The position numbers were made by a program, and so were the translations under genes. Below, piece by piece: positions 40,184-49,987 of a stretch of DNA of 64,000 bases; within the stretch, counting starts at the first letter, position 1; each line of letters opens with the position of its first letter. Origin of the DNA: an uncultured Candidatus Saccharibacteria bacterium (GTDB lineage Bacteria > Patescibacteriota > Minisyncoccia > Phycocordibacterales > UBA2100); contig CAYNRJ010000002.1 of assembly GCA_964399865.1 (NCBI GenBank), positions 97,108 through 161,107 on the forward strand, in the 5' to 3' direction. Under the pieces are notes generated by a model. The model was not told where the DNA came from. It saw only the letters and a list, made by a program, of their open reading frames with translations, and searched no databases.

Positions 40184-42253
40184 ATGGCTGAAAAGAAAGC
40201 GAAAAAAGACGATGCAGAAACCCCAAAGAAAGGGGCTTCGTCTTACAGTGCCCAGGACATCACCGTTCTAGAGGGTCTTGAGGCCGTGCGTCGCCGTCCG
40301 GGCATGTACATCGGCACGACCGGTCTTGATGGGCTTCATCACCTCATCTGGGAGATCTTCGATAACTCGCGCGACGAGGCAATGGGTGGTTTTTCAAACG
40401 ACATCGAGGTCGCACTCCTCCCTGACAACATGGTCCGAGTGGTAGACAATGGCCGTGGTATTCCCGTCGATATTCATCCGAAAACAAAATTATCAGCACT
40501 CGATACGATCATGACGACGCTTCACGCTGGAGGAAAATTCGGCGGTGAAGGCTACAAGGTCTCCGGCGGTCTCCACGGCGTCGGCGCATCGGTCGTCAAC
40601 GCTCTATCAACGTATACGCGTGTGGAAGTTCACCGGGATGGTGGGCAATACGTACAGGAATACAAGAACGGTGGTAAGGCTGTCGCGAAGGTCAAGAAGA
40701 TCGGCAGCTCCAAGCGTACCGGCACCATCACTGTCTTTCAGGCCGACCCCTCGATTTTCCCGCAAATTGAATACAATTGGGACCGTATCGTTTCGCACAT
40801 GCGCCAGCAGGCGTATCTCGTAAAAGGTTTGCGTATTTCCGTACTCGACCTCCGGCAGGCTGGAAAAGTGGATGCAGAAAAAGCATATTACCTACGCGAC
40901 TTAGCGCTCGATGCGCCCTCAATGACGTTTTATTTTGAAGGCGGACTTCGTTCACTCGTTGCATTCCAGAATCAATATCTTGAATCGATCCATAAAAACA
41001 TTTTCTACGTAGAAAAAGAGCAAGACGGAGTTGCGGTAGAAGTTGCCCTCCAATACGTCGATGATATTTCAACGCGTCTCTCAGCGTTTGCGAACAACAT
41101 CTACAACGCAGAAGGCGGCACGCATGTGACAGGATTTAAGACCGCCCTCACTCGCACTCTCAACAGCAACGCGAAAGGAGACTCGGGGAAAGAAGGGGAT
41201 TCGTTTACAGGCGACGATGTGCTCGAAGGTATTACTGCAGTTATTTCGGTAAAGATGCGCGAGGTGCAGTTTGAAGGACAGACCAAAGGGAAACTTGGTA
41301 GCGTCGAGGCTCGCGGAGCCGTGGAAACAGTCTTCGGCGAGGCGTTCTCAGCATTCCTCGAAGAACACCCAGACGATGCTCGCGCGATCATAGGTAAGGT
41401 CTCTCTTGCGATGAAGGCACGCAAAGCCGCGAAAGCTGCAAAAGAAAGCATCATGAGAAAAGGTGCACTCGATGGCCTCGCGCTCCCAGGTAAACTCGCT
41501 GACTGTCAGACAAAGGATGCTTCTGAATCCGAACTCTTCGTGGTGGAGGGAGATTCGGCAGGTGGCTCAGGCAAAATGGGTCGTGACCGACGCACGCAAG
41601 CTGTACTTCCACTTCGCGGAAAGATTCTCAACATCGAACGTGCTCGTCTCGACAAGATGCTCGGCTCCGAACAGATCAAAAATCTTGTTGTTGCGCTCGG
41701 CACTGCTATCGGTGACGTCTTTAATATTGAGAAGCTCCGCTACCACAAGATCATCATTGCAACAGATGCCGACGTCGACGGTGCGCACATCCGCACACTC
41801 CTTCTCACGCTCTTCTATCGCCATTTCAGACCAGTTATCGATGGAGGTTTCCTCTATATCGCTCAACCGCCTCTCTATAAGATCAGGAAAGGTAAAGAGG
41901 TTTTCTATGCGTACACCGACGAACAAAAGGTAAAGATCGCAGGAAAAGACACACCGCTTGAAGAAGTCACGGACGGGGAGGAAGAGCCGGCACCAGAAGA
42001 AGCGGAAGAGGCAGCGGGGAAAACGAAGAAGGCTGCCAAGATTTCTATTCAGCGTTACAAGGGTCTTGGAGAAATGAATCCAGAAGAGCTGTGGGAAACA
42101 ACAATGGACCCAGCGCGTCGCATTCTAAAACAGGTAGTGATTGAAGACGCACAGGAAGCCGACAAGATATTCGACATGCTTATGGGTACCGACGTACCGT
42201 CACGTCGATCATTCATCCAATCGCACGCAAAGGAGGCAACGCTAGATATTTAG
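40184..42253 (+). CDS. gyrB: DNA gyrase subunit B
   Basis: GHKL ATPase motifs, TOPRIM (EGDSAGG), C-terminal QRYKGLGEM. Confidence 0.95.
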   Translation: MAEKKAKKDDAETPKKGASSYSAQDITVLEGLEAVRRRPGMYIGTTGLDGLHHLIWEIFDNSRDEAMGGFSNDIEVALLPDNMVRVVDNGRGIPVDIHPKTKLSALDTIMTTLHAGGKFGGEGYKVSGGLHGVGASVVNALSTYTRVEVHRDGGQYVQEYKNGGKAVAKVKKIGSSKRTGTITVFQADPSIFPQIEYNWDRIVSHMRQQAYLVKGLRISVLDLRQAGKVDAEKAYYLRDLALDAPSMTFYFEGGLRSLVAFQNQYLESIHKNIFYVEKEQDGVAVEVALQYVDDISTRLSAFANNIYNAEGGTHVTGFKTALTRTLNSNAKGDSGKEGDSFTGDDVLEGITAVISVKMREVQFEGQTKGKLGSVEARGAVETVFGEAFSAFLEEHPDDARAIIGKVSLAMKARKAAKAAKESIMRKGALDGLALPGKLADCQTKDASESELFVVEGDSAGGSGKMGRDRRTQAVLPLRGKILNIERARLDKMLGSEQIKNLVVALGTAIGDVFNIEKLRYHKIIIATDADVDGAHIRTLLLTLFYRHFRPVIDGGFLYIAQPPLYKIRKGKEVFYAYTDEQKVKIAGKDTPLEEVTDGEEEPAPEEAEEAAGKTKKAAKISIQRYKGLGEMNPEELWETTMDPARRILKQVVIEDAQEADKIFDMLMGTDVPSRRSFIQSHAKEATLDI

Positions 42254-42380
42254 CACGCTCGGCGGTGTGTACGTTACTCGAGTACGGATATTTTTCTGCT
42301 GAAAAATTCCTCGAGCTCGCGCCGTCGCGCTCGCTAGTCTCTCGCAACGCACACCCCGCCTCGCTTTACTGTTGGGAGAT

Positions 42381-42420
42381 AAAAAACAACCGCGTCCCAT
42401 ACGGGGACGCGGTTGTGTTT
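42381..42420. terminator. bidirectional rho-independent terminator between convergent gyrB and the CARDB gene
   Basis: AAAAA-ACAACCGCGTCCC-atacg-GGGACGCGGTTGT-GTTT. Confidence 0.8.
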
Positions 42421-42436
42421 CGAGCCAGGCACTATC

Positions 42437-43486
42437 TTAATATGAGTACGGGTACTGAGGATTGTACGGATACTGTGGATATTGATTGTAGCCGTTCCAA
42501 TTCTGCGCGTTTACGAACTGAGTCGCGTAGTTATTACTCTCGTTCGATTCGTACACCATGTTGGATGGATCAACAGAGACGCTGAATGATCCACCACCGA
42601 TGCGCACCTGCGTGAATCGAAGAGTGTTCACCATACGTGATCCTGGAGTAAGCGGTGCCTGAGCAGGCGAGTTGTATGTGTAAGCCTGGGACGTTGGAAG
42701 CTGTGCGGTGAAGTAATACATACCCGAGGTTGTACCACCCTTGTTGATGATCTCGAACTGGACTGCTGATGTTTCAGAAGGTGAGATAGGCATGCGATTT
42801 ACGAACGCACCTGAATACTGATCAATGACACCTACTGCAAGTATGCGCACCGCGAGATCAACCGGGGTAATAGGGCGAGGTGATGGCGTAGGGTTTGGTG
42901 TAGGAGTTGGTTGTGGTGTCGGAGTAGGAGTTGGGGTAGGGGTCGCGATTGGAGTAGGGTCGCCGCCGAGGATCATGATAGATGCGCTGTCTTGTGCCTG
43001 GGTTCCCGTTGCGCTTGGAAGGAAGATGACAGAAATAGGCATCGGGACAGAAGTCGCTCCAGTAAGAAGCGCAGTAAGAGAAAGAGTCTTATCTTCCGTC
43101 GCAACTGTGTACGCAGCGCCACAAGGGATCTCGCTCAATGCTCCAGAAGGATTTGGAGAGCGGAACTGGAAACCGTCTACACACTGATAGAGGAAAGCGT
43201 ACGAGCCTTCCATGTCTGTGGTGTGCTCCCATTCAATTTCGAAACTCTCTCCTGAGTTAACAGATTCTGGTGCGATCACTTCAAGAGCGGATTCAGTAGT
43301 GCCCCCAAAGAGGGAACCGAACCACGTGCGAGAGATACGCGCGAGATGGACGAGTCCCCAAATAATAATAACTATAACGATAATAAAGCCCGCGATAGCG
43401 AGAATGTTTGAAAAGAGACTCGACTTTGCTTCCTCTGAATGCTCTACGTGCGCGTGTTCGTGTGACATAGTGTCGGCACAGTACAT
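42437..43486 (-). CDS. type II membrane protein with two extracellular domains (second CARDB-like), a Pro/Thr linker and a Tyr/Pro/Gln-rich C-terminus
   Basis: N-terminal TM segment. (TP)n linker. CARDB signature YESNESNNYAT. C-terminus ...NQYPQYPYNPQYPYSY. Confidence 0.65.
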   Translation of the reverse strand: MYCADTMSHEHAHVEHSEEAKSSLFSNILAIAGFIIVIVIIIWGLVHLARISRTWFGSLFGGTTESALEVIAPESVNSGESFEIEWEHTTDMEGSYAFLYQCVDGFQFRSPNPSGALSEIPCGAAYTVATEDKTLSLTALLTGATSVPMPISVIFLPSATGTQAQDSASIMILGGDPTPIATPTPTPTPTPQPTPTPNPTPSPRPITPVDLAVRILAVGVIDQYSGAFVNRMPISPSETSAVQFEIINKGGTTSGMYYFTAQLPTSQAYTYNSPAQAPLTPGSRMVNTLRFTQVRIGGGSFSVSVDPSNMVYESNESNNYATQFVNAQNWNGYNQYPQYPYNPQYPYSY

Positions 43487-43527
43487 AAATAAACCTCAAA
43501 TGTCAAGTTTTTCCAGAGGTGGATGTA

Positions 43528-43556
43528 TTGACTTTTGCTCATCTTCAGGGTACTAT
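43528..43556 (+). promoter_or_regulatory. near-consensus sigma70 promoter for the sortase gene
   Basis: TTGACT-17 nt-TACTAT. Confidence 0.5.
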
Positions 43557-43569
43557 GTATGGGTACTTT

Positions 43570-44253
43570 ATGGGACCAAATTACGGCAATTTCCATTCAC
43601 GATACTCAAATAAACCGCCTAAGTCGGTGTTTTTTGCTGCTTCTACGGTGATGTTTTTCCTCTCGCTTTCCGTTGCCGACTCGATCGGCCTCGTTCCATA
43701 CTACATTGACGGGACTGCGCCAAAAAGCGTCGCCCTCGAAAATCTTCCAGAGCTCGGTGAGAAAAAGAATGTTGTTGAAGAGACACGAACGGTAGGACCG
43801 ATCGCCCTTCCATCACGTATCGTTATTTCATCGATTGGTCTCGACTTACCCGTCCAAAATCCGGGTACTCGCGATATCGCGGCGCTCGACGCACTCCTTA
43901 AGGCAGGTCCTGCAAGGTACGTTGATTCTGCAAAGCTCGGTGAAAAAGGTAACGTCCTTATTTTCGCTCACAGCTCACACCTTCCTGTCGTACATAACCA
44001 AATGTATAAAGCATTCAATCGTGTGCCCGAGCTTGTCGAAGGAAATGTCATTACTGTGATCGGCACAGACTCTTCTGGAGTGCAGAAATCATATCTCTAT
44101 GTCGTACGCTCGGTTCGTCGAGGAGATGCGCATGAAGAGATCATCGACCTCTCTGCGAAAAGCGGTACTCGTCTCACGCTCGTTACGTGCGATACGCTTA
44201 CCTCAAAATCCACCCGTTGGATCCTCGAAGCCGATTTCGTCGGAGTACTCTAA
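43570..44253 (+). CDS. sortase (transpeptidase). Start uncertain; the ORF-track start at 43519 lies upstream of the promoter.
   Basis: N-terminal positive segment plus TM anchor. Conserved His (IFAHSSH), TLxTC Cys (RLTLVTCDT) and downstream Arg (STRWILEADF). Confidence 0.75.
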   Translation: MGPNYGNFHSRYSNKPPKSVFFAASTVMFFLSLSVADSIGLVPYYIDGTAPKSVALENLPELGEKKNVVEETRTVGPIALPSRIVISSIGLDLPVQNPGTRDIAALDALLKAGPARYVDSAKLGEKGNVLIFAHSSHLPVVHNQMYKAFNRVPELVEGNVITVIGTDSSGVQKSYLYVVRSVRRGDAHEEIIDLSAKSGTRLTLVTCDTLTSKSTRWILEADFVGVL

Positions 44254-44267
44254 ATAAATCACTGCTC

Positions 44268-44320
44268 GAAGCACCCTGAATTTCCTAGGAAATTCAGGGT
44301 GCTTTTCGTTTATACACATT
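44268..44320 (+). terminator. rho-independent terminator after the sortase gene
   Basis: Perfect 16-bp palindrome GCACCCTGAATTTCC-tag-GAAATTCAGGGTGC followed by TTTTCGTTTAT. Confidence 0.8.
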
Positions 44321-44361
44321 TATTACTTTGTCACATCACATGGTTTGGGTAGGATTAGTCC

Positions 44362-45060
44362 ATGGGCATGGAAGGTTTCAAGAGACCAGAAAAGACACCG
44401 ACTTCTGTGCCGTCTATTCGCCAAGCGGAAGAGGTGCAGCCGCTTGCTATTTCTCCCGACAAAACTATAAAACAGAAAGGAATGGAAAAGGGGGAGCAGC
44501 GCCTGGCAGCAATAAAAGCACGCTTGTCGGCGGCCACAGAAAAAGCAAGAGGAAAGGCGTCTAAAGGAGAAGCCTTTATTCTCGGCTCCCCTGAAATGAT
44601 CGGAGAAACAACGAAAGTGATACGAGAGAAATTTTCAAATACGATAACTGTATCGAAGAGTAAATTAGGAAATGCATACGAGGCAGGAAAGCAGAAGACG
44701 GAGAGTGGTTTTAGGAGGGTGGCGGAAAAAGCACGCTTGCTAGGGTTGAAAATTACGGCACCAGTAGCGGATAAATTCCTGCGAATGTGGAATGCTCCTA
44801 AGGTACGAAAAGCCGAGAGAAATGCGGAGACAGCAGAAAATTATGCACGCCAAGCAGAGGAGAGGATACAAAAGGCAAAAAGCGGCATTGAAGCGCATAA
44901 GGCACAAATTGCATTATTAGAGGAAGAAATTGTTGATGCGACAGAAGGGTACCAGGCTGCCGGCGAGTCAAAATATGAGTATCTTCTTCAAGCGAATGGT
45001 ATAAAAACAAAAATTTCCAGAGCAAGAGAGGAATTAAATAAGGTGCAAACGACAGCGTAG
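44362..45060 (+). CDS. hypothetical Lys/Glu/Ala-rich helical protein
   Basis: ORF with coiled-coil-like composition. No signal peptide. Confidence 0.5.
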   Translation: MGMEGFKRPEKTPTSVPSIRQAEEVQPLAISPDKTIKQKGMEKGEQRLAAIKARLSAATEKARGKASKGEAFILGSPEMIGETTKVIREKFSNTITVSKSKLGNAYEAGKQKTESGFRRVAEKARLLGLKITAPVADKFLRMWNAPKVRKAERNAETAENYARQAEERIQKAKSGIEAHKAQIALLEEEIVDATEGYQAAGESKYEYLLQANGIKTKISRAREELNKVQTTA

Positions 45061-45069
45061 AACTTACCT

Positions 45070-45348
45070 ATGGACCTCCTTGAATTAAAGAAAGAATTAA
45101 TGGCCACTCCTCTCAGTGTTGAGAGTCTTAAAATAGTGAGTGATATCTTTGATGCGGCGATTGCTCGTGGAAGTCTCACTGCTGCGGAAAAGGAACAGAT
45201 TGCGCATATGCTTGAAGCCGAAGAAGAGCTAGTAGATATTGAAATATCGGCAACCCAAGATGCGATAGCTGCACTGGACGAATATGGGAAAGAAGTCGAT
45301 GCCGCAGTAGATGTTGCCGTTTCTGCAATCGAAGAAGCGACTAAATAA
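45070..45348 (+). CDS. small acidic helical protein (partner of the upstream gene)
   Basis: 92 aa, acidic. Resembles 49597..49884 in composition and position. Confidence 0.45.
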   Translation: MDLLELKKELMATPLSVESLKIVSDIFDAAIARGSLTAAEKEQIAHMLEAEEELVDIEISATQDAIAALDEYGKEVDAAVDVAVSAIEEATK

Positions 45349-45414
45349 TTTCTCTCAAAGTTGCTCCAGGAATTGACCCTCCGGTTTTTCTGATGTATTC
45401 CTTTTGTTAGTCCT

Positions 45415-45930
45415 GTGCGCGAAATAGGTCCGTGCAGGTGGGTTGGAGCTACGAATATGACCGATGACTCGGAAGTTGCTGCAGCTGTGACGGCCGCAGG
45501 ATCGTCGCGGCGATGGGTGAGAAGGAACGTCACGATCATCCTCTCGGTTCTCGGTGCAGCGGTGCTCATGCTGCACGTCTACCTCTACTTCTGGGCGGTG
45601 GAACTGCCCTGGGGGATCGACACGGCGGTGTACTCGTGGGGAGCAGTTCTCGCGGTGATCGTCTTCTCCATCGCCTTCCGCATGCCGCGTCTCCTGAGGC
45701 AGACACCCGGCGACGAATTCGTCGCCATCACTGAAGTCGGGCTTTCCGTGCTGGCGATTCTCTTCCTCGGTATCGTGGCAGGACGTGCGATGACGAATGA
45801 GGTCAACTTTCCCCCTGGCGGCCAATTCGCTTTCTGGGGATATCTCACCTTCCTGGTCATCGTCATCACGGTCCAGGTCTACCTCAGCATCCGCTACGCC
45901 GAGCGCACCATCGGCAGCAGCCAGGGCTGA
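45415..45930 (+). CDS. high-GC small polytopic membrane protein (about 4 TM). The start may be at about 45457.
   Basis: Strong GC3 bias (about 85%) unlike the host genes. Four hydrophobic helices. Confidence 0.5.
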   Translation: MREIGPCRWVGATNMTDDSEVAAAVTAAGSSRRWVRRNVTIILSVLGAAVLMLHVYLYFWAVELPWGIDTAVYSWGAVLAVIVFSIAFRMPRLLRQTPGDEFVAITEVGLSVLAILFLGIVAGRAMTNEVNFPPGGQFAFWGYLTFLVIVITVQVYLSIRYAERTIGSSQG

Positions 45931-45970
45931 AGTTGCGCGACGAGCTTTAGATCAGACGTACACATTTCTT

Positions 45971-46010
45971 GGCGGCAGGGGAAACTCTGCCGCCGCATCT
46001 TTTCTATATT
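45971..46010 (+). terminator. rho-independent terminator
   Basis: GGCGGCAG-gggaaact-CTGCCGCC followed by ATCTTTTCTATATTTT. Confidence 0.65.
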
Positions 46011-46025
46011 TTAAGCCATATTATA

Positions 46026-46053
46026 TTGACAATTGTCAAAATAATGATATTAT
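46026..46053 (+). promoter_or_regulatory. consensus sigma70 promoter. The -35 box lies within the 14-bp palindrome TTGACAATTGTCAA.
   Basis: TTGACA-16 nt-TATTAT. The GGAGG ribosome-binding site of 46137 lies downstream. Confidence 0.6.
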
Positions 46054-46136
46054 TAAAAGCGGTGAATATCGTACTTTGTTTCACCATGATCCACTGATCC
46101 AATCGTTCCTGAACTCAAACGCCATGGAGGTAAAAC

Positions 46137-47072
46137 ATGGCCAATCTGCAGAAGCCGGCAATTCGGGGTGCCGGAAGACATACCCCGAAGAACTACTGGC
46201 GCTTTTATCCTGGGCGTAAGCCTCGGAGGTCGCCAGAAGGAAAAGTAGATGACCGCATTCTCTTCGAGAGCGCCATCTACGCGAGACTGCAGGACAGCAC
46301 GCAGAACGTTGCGGCAGGGATTGTGGTTGGGCCAACGCTCGACCGCATCTTGGCGGGCGGCATGGAGAAGCTCCAGGACGGAGCAGGTCTCGTAGCTGCG
46401 AGAGCAGTCGAGGACGAGGCCACCGGTGAGATTTCCATCCCGCCGGTTCGGACCTGGCCGGTGCCGGGCGGCTCGACCCTCCGGACCTTCATGGACCTGC
46501 TCACGCTTCGGCGCATGCCCGGCGGTTCTCTGAACGCCGTCCCGCTCGAGGAAGAGGGCGTCGTCTACGTCGAGTGCTGCACTGGCGATCCGCAGGAGAC
46601 TGAAGAGTCCTACATCGCCGCGCTTTCGGGGCTCTGGGTCCATGGCTCGGCCGAGTACATGGGCTTCGGCAACGCGCCTCTCATCAGTTCGCCAGGGAAG
46701 AGGCGTGGGAAGCCGAGGGCTGGCGCGGAGGACAAGGCTTCCGGTGTGAAGTTCTCCGAAACCTCAGCGCCGCAACTCTGGGGCGAATCTGTCGGCTCGA
46801 TGGTGAACGGCGTGCCCTTGTGGTGGAACCGCGTGTGGCGGCTCGAATTCACAAAGGACGAAACCCAGGCAATCATCGTCCGGCAGCAGAACAAGTACTA
46901 CATGCTCTACGTCGAGGATGGACGAGTGATGGTTGAAGATCGCTCGAATCAGCCCGGCATCGCGCAGGTGTACCTCGACAATGTCGCGAAGCTCGCGAGC
47001 CTCGGGGTCTCAACGACGCCGCTCATCGTTCCTTCGTCAGGCATCGTCCAGACGACGGCCGCGGCCGCGTAG
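46137..47072 (+). CDS. high-GC hypothetical cytoplasmic protein
   Basis: GGAGG-N6-ATG. About 63% GC. No signal peptide and no recognised domain. Confidence 0.55.
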   Translation: MANLQKPAIRGAGRHTPKNYWRFYPGRKPRRSPEGKVDDRILFESAIYARLQDSTQNVAAGIVVGPTLDRILAGGMEKLQDGAGLVAARAVEDEATGEISIPPVRTWPVPGGSTLRTFMDLLTLRRMPGGSLNAVPLEEEGVVYVECCTGDPQETEESYIAALSGLWVHGSAEYMGFGNAPLISSPGKRRGKPRAGAEDKASGVKFSETSAPQLWGESVGSMVNGVPLWWNRVWRLEFTKDETQAIIVRQQNKYYMLYVEDGRVMVEDRSNQPGIAQVYLDNVAKLASLGVSTTPLIVPSSGIVQTTAAAA

Positions 47073-47089
47073 TCAGTAGCCCTTCAGGG

Positions 47090-49600
47090 GTGAACGCGCG
47101 CTACAACACAGCGCATGGCAGTAATCTGCCATGCGCTTCATTTTTTTGCGTTATGATTAGTACTTATATGATAGAAGTGCTCCGTTCCAGTCCCATTGAT
47201 AAAGACAAATTTGTTGCTCGAATAAAACACGACTCCAAAGGTAATACTTGGTATCTCGATGAAGAGAGACGAGTAACGCTTTTGGATGATAAGGGTAAAG
47301 CGGAACTTCAAAGACAACAACAAGAGGAGAGAGCAGGTAACACCGTCGTCCCAGCGGACGGGTTTCCGTTATTTGGGACGAAAATGACAGCCTTTAATAA
47401 AGACATGCCGGCTCCTCCCGGGGAAATTGCTCCTCCGGAAAATGAATCTCATTCGACAACAACCAAACCTGCTGATGAAGTGGGGAGCGTAGGAGCAAAA
47501 AGCACTGAGGCCTCCGATATTAAAACTGCTCGCAGAGAAACAGGTAGCGCGTTAACTAATACATTTGGTCGGCCGGAAAAAATATCCGGTACGAATATAC
47601 CTTATTGGACCGATAAAGACGGCCGAATATTAATGGTTGGTGCGGACGCAGAGCCATACGAGGTTGAGCCCGGGGATACCGTCACGATCCCGAATTTGAA
47701 AGGGGAGAGAGTAACGAAAGAATTTAAAAGCAAAGACGAAGGCTGGATAGACGCTGCTCCGAAAAAGGCTCCGCGCAAAGATAAATCTACGTTTGAAAGT
47801 ACTGATAATGACGATGATGAAAAGGCGCGAAGAAAGGCAAAGGGGAAAAAAGAATCTACGCATAAAACACCAGGAGAGGAAGTTCCAGGCGTAACACTGA
47901 GAGCGAAAGATTTGCCTGATGAGGTTATAGAAAAAGACGGTAATTTCTATGTAAGGCGAGGAAACGCAATCAGCACCGCAAAACCCGAGGAGGTTGCTGC
48001 GTATGCAAAGTTTAAAGAAGAACAAGAGGCGTATCAAAAAAGATTAAAAGAAATCGCGGCTACGAAATCTACTGGGGACACGGTAGCACGACCCGGAATG
48101 AAAGGCGAAGACATCGAAGATCTTTTCCCAGATCGTGAACAAGTCCCCGGTCTTTCGCCCGAGAATGATGCAAGTATCAATCAAGTATTAAAGAAAGAGC
48201 TCGGGTTGGATGAAGGAGATGATACGGAAAATGTAATTCAAATCCCGGTGACAATTCCGCTGTGGTATAGAGAACACTTTGTCCCTGTCGGTAAATCTAA
48301 AAAAGTTTTTAAGTACGTTTTCCCTAGCGGCGAAGTGATGCGGGATGATGTAAAAGGTGACCCGGAAAAACACTTTACCGCAAAGGAAGTAGATTCATTG
48401 ATAGCGCTGCAGAAAGCGCGTGATCAGACAAAGATTGAGGCAGATTTACGCGCGAAGGTCGCGGCAGAAAAGGAGACGGAGGAAAGATTGAGTCCGCCTG
48501 AGGCTCCGAAAGTAAATCTGCCAGAATTGATCGATGGCGCGAAAGTTCTCACCGTCGCAGAGATCTTCGCGGACAAGAAAAAAGAACAACTGTTTCTCAA
48601 GGTTTGCAATCGCTTGGATGAGGAAGCAGGCAGTAGTACATATGCATGGGTTCTCACGAAGCTAGGGGAGGGTAAGCAAGCGTTGAGTGAAGGAGAAAGC
48701 CGGATGATCACGCGCGCTCGCCACGAATTCGCAAACAGAATGAAAATCGGCGAGACGTTGCGTGACGGTATCAAAAAAGAACACGTCGAGATGGCTATGA
48801 GGAGAAATGGCGCTCTTCGCGAAGACGCCGAATACAACGGCCCGGAGAAAACATTCGAAATCATGAAGACACAGGTGCTCAACATCGCGATGTCGCGATC
48901 CGCGACCGAACTTTTGCGCTACACAAACGCACTTTCCACCTTGAAACGCGTAGAGGAGTCTCAGGCGTATACGGCGTACACTAAGGAGGTAGAGATGCTA
49001 GTAAAGCGCGCAAATATCTCTCCAAATACCTATAGTGCGACAGGGTTCACTACTCCGGGTGGTAGAAAGTCAGGAAGATCAATCATCAAAAAAGAACTCA
49101 TTGACAAAAGGTACAGCTCATTTAGAAGCGCACTCAGGGCGCGTTCGTTCGTGCGGCAAGCAGGAAGACTTGATCGTGGAATTCAGAGTGCAGGATTTAC
49201 AAAAGAAGGAATAGAAAGTGCGCAGAATAGTATTGCGCAATTTCTCGCGCTCACCTTGACGGATGATCCAGATCTTCGACTTGCTCTTCAGCAGGCCGCC
49301 GCTCGTAATAAATCGATGGAGAGTATGCTTCCGCCGGAAGAGAAGCCGACTACGTTGAATGAAGCTCGGGAGGCGGGAGCTCAACAAGCGGGTGGGTTCA
49401 AGGCATTTTGGGAGAATCAAGTAAGTGGAATGTCGGATTTTGCAGCGTTACCCCGCGAGGACAAGATGCAAAGACTGAACGAATCGGCAGCTTCCTATGC
49501 TAATACTGAGCGAAAGCCGGGCATCTTGGGCCGTATACTGCAAATGATCTTCACCAAACTACTAGGTGTTGAGAAAGAGAAAATTGCGAAAACACTATGA
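47090..49600 (+). CDS. large charged hypothetical protein (about 800 aa, Lys/Glu-rich). The true start is probably about 47150 (MISTYMIEV).
   Basis: Long ORF, AT-richer than its neighbours. No signal peptide. Confidence 0.6.
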   Translation: MNARYNTAHGSNLPCASFFCVMISTYMIEVLRSSPIDKDKFVARIKHDSKGNTWYLDEERRVTLLDDKGKAELQRQQQEERAGNTVVPADGFPLFGTKMTAFNKDMPAPPGEIAPPENESHSTTTKPADEVGSVGAKSTEASDIKTARRETGSALTNTFGRPEKISGTNIPYWTDKDGRILMVGADAEPYEVEPGDTVTIPNLKGERVTKEFKSKDEGWIDAAPKKAPRKDKSTFESTDNDDDEKARRKAKGKKESTHKTPGEEVPGVTLRAKDLPDEVIEKDGNFYVRRGNAISTAKPEEVAAYAKFKEEQEAYQKRLKEIAATKSTGDTVARPGMKGEDIEDLFPDREQVPGLSPENDASINQVLKKELGLDEGDDTENVIQIPVTIPLWYREHFVPVGKSKKVFKYVFPSGEVMRDDVKGDPEKHFTAKEVDSLIALQKARDQTKIEADLRAKVAAEKETEERLSPPEAPKVNLPELIDGAKVLTVAEIFADKKKEQLFLKVCNRLDEEAGSSTYAWVLTKLGEGKQALSEGESRMITRARHEFANRMKIGETLRDGIKKEHVEMAMRRNGALREDAEYNGPEKTFEIMKTQVLNIAMSRSATELLRYTNALSTLKRVEESQAYTAYTKEVEMLVKRANISPNTYSATGFTTPGGRKSGRSIIKKELIDKRYSSFRSALRARSFVRQAGRLDRGIQSAGFTKEGIESAQNSIAQFLALTLTDDPDLRLALQQAAARNKSMESMLPPEEKPTTLNEAREAGAQQAGGFKAFWENQVSGMSDFAALPREDKMQRLNESAASYANTERKPGILGRILQMIFTKLLGVEKEKIAKTL

Positions 49601-49884
49601 CAAAAGAAATGAAAAATGAGGAATTGCAGGCCCTGCACGACAATGTTGCTCAGCTACTCACGGAGGGTAGGCAGGCGGATGCCAAGGAATATCTTGAGCA
49701 TCACGTATCGCTCCTTCCAGAAGAGTTGAAAAATGAGATTCTCGGCCTCATGTTTCTAGAGGCAGTAGCCGAAGAGGCGGAGGAACAGCAATCGATAGAG
49801 TCAATGCAAAAAGAAGGGTTGGATGCCATGCAGGCTCTAAAGGCGATACAGAAAGAGCTAGAAAAAAGTGCGCGCGCGTCTTGA
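49597..49884 (+). CDS. small acidic helical protein (partner of the upstream gene; ATGA overlap)
   Basis: 95 aa, acidic. Positional analogue of 45070..45348. Confidence 0.45.
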   Translation: MTKEMKNEELQALHDNVAQLLTEGRQADAKEYLEHHVSLLPEELKNEILGLMFLEAVAEEAEEQQSIESMQKEGLDAMQALKAIQKELEKSARAS

Positions 49885-49912
49885 TTGACAATTTGGGGTT
49901 TTTGTATAGTAA
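49881..49912 (+). promoter_or_regulatory. sigma70-like promoter (TTGACA ... TTTTTGTATAGTAA)
   Basis: TTGATTGACA then TGTATAGT. The same 14-mer TTTTTGTATAGTAA precedes rpmE at 33274. Confidence 0.5.
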
Positions 49913-49987
49913 TTATCGCGGTTCTCACGCGCTGTTTGCGTGAGTGTGCAATAGCAAGCCCTGCGGGGCTAAAGTGGAGACACGGCA

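Noticed and set aside
43519-43569. ORF-track start of the sortase at 43519
   Set aside because: It lies upstream of the TTGACT-17-TACTAT promoter and within 32 nt of the divergent gene start. A start at about 43570 (or 43651) gives the canonical short basic N-terminus plus TM anchor.
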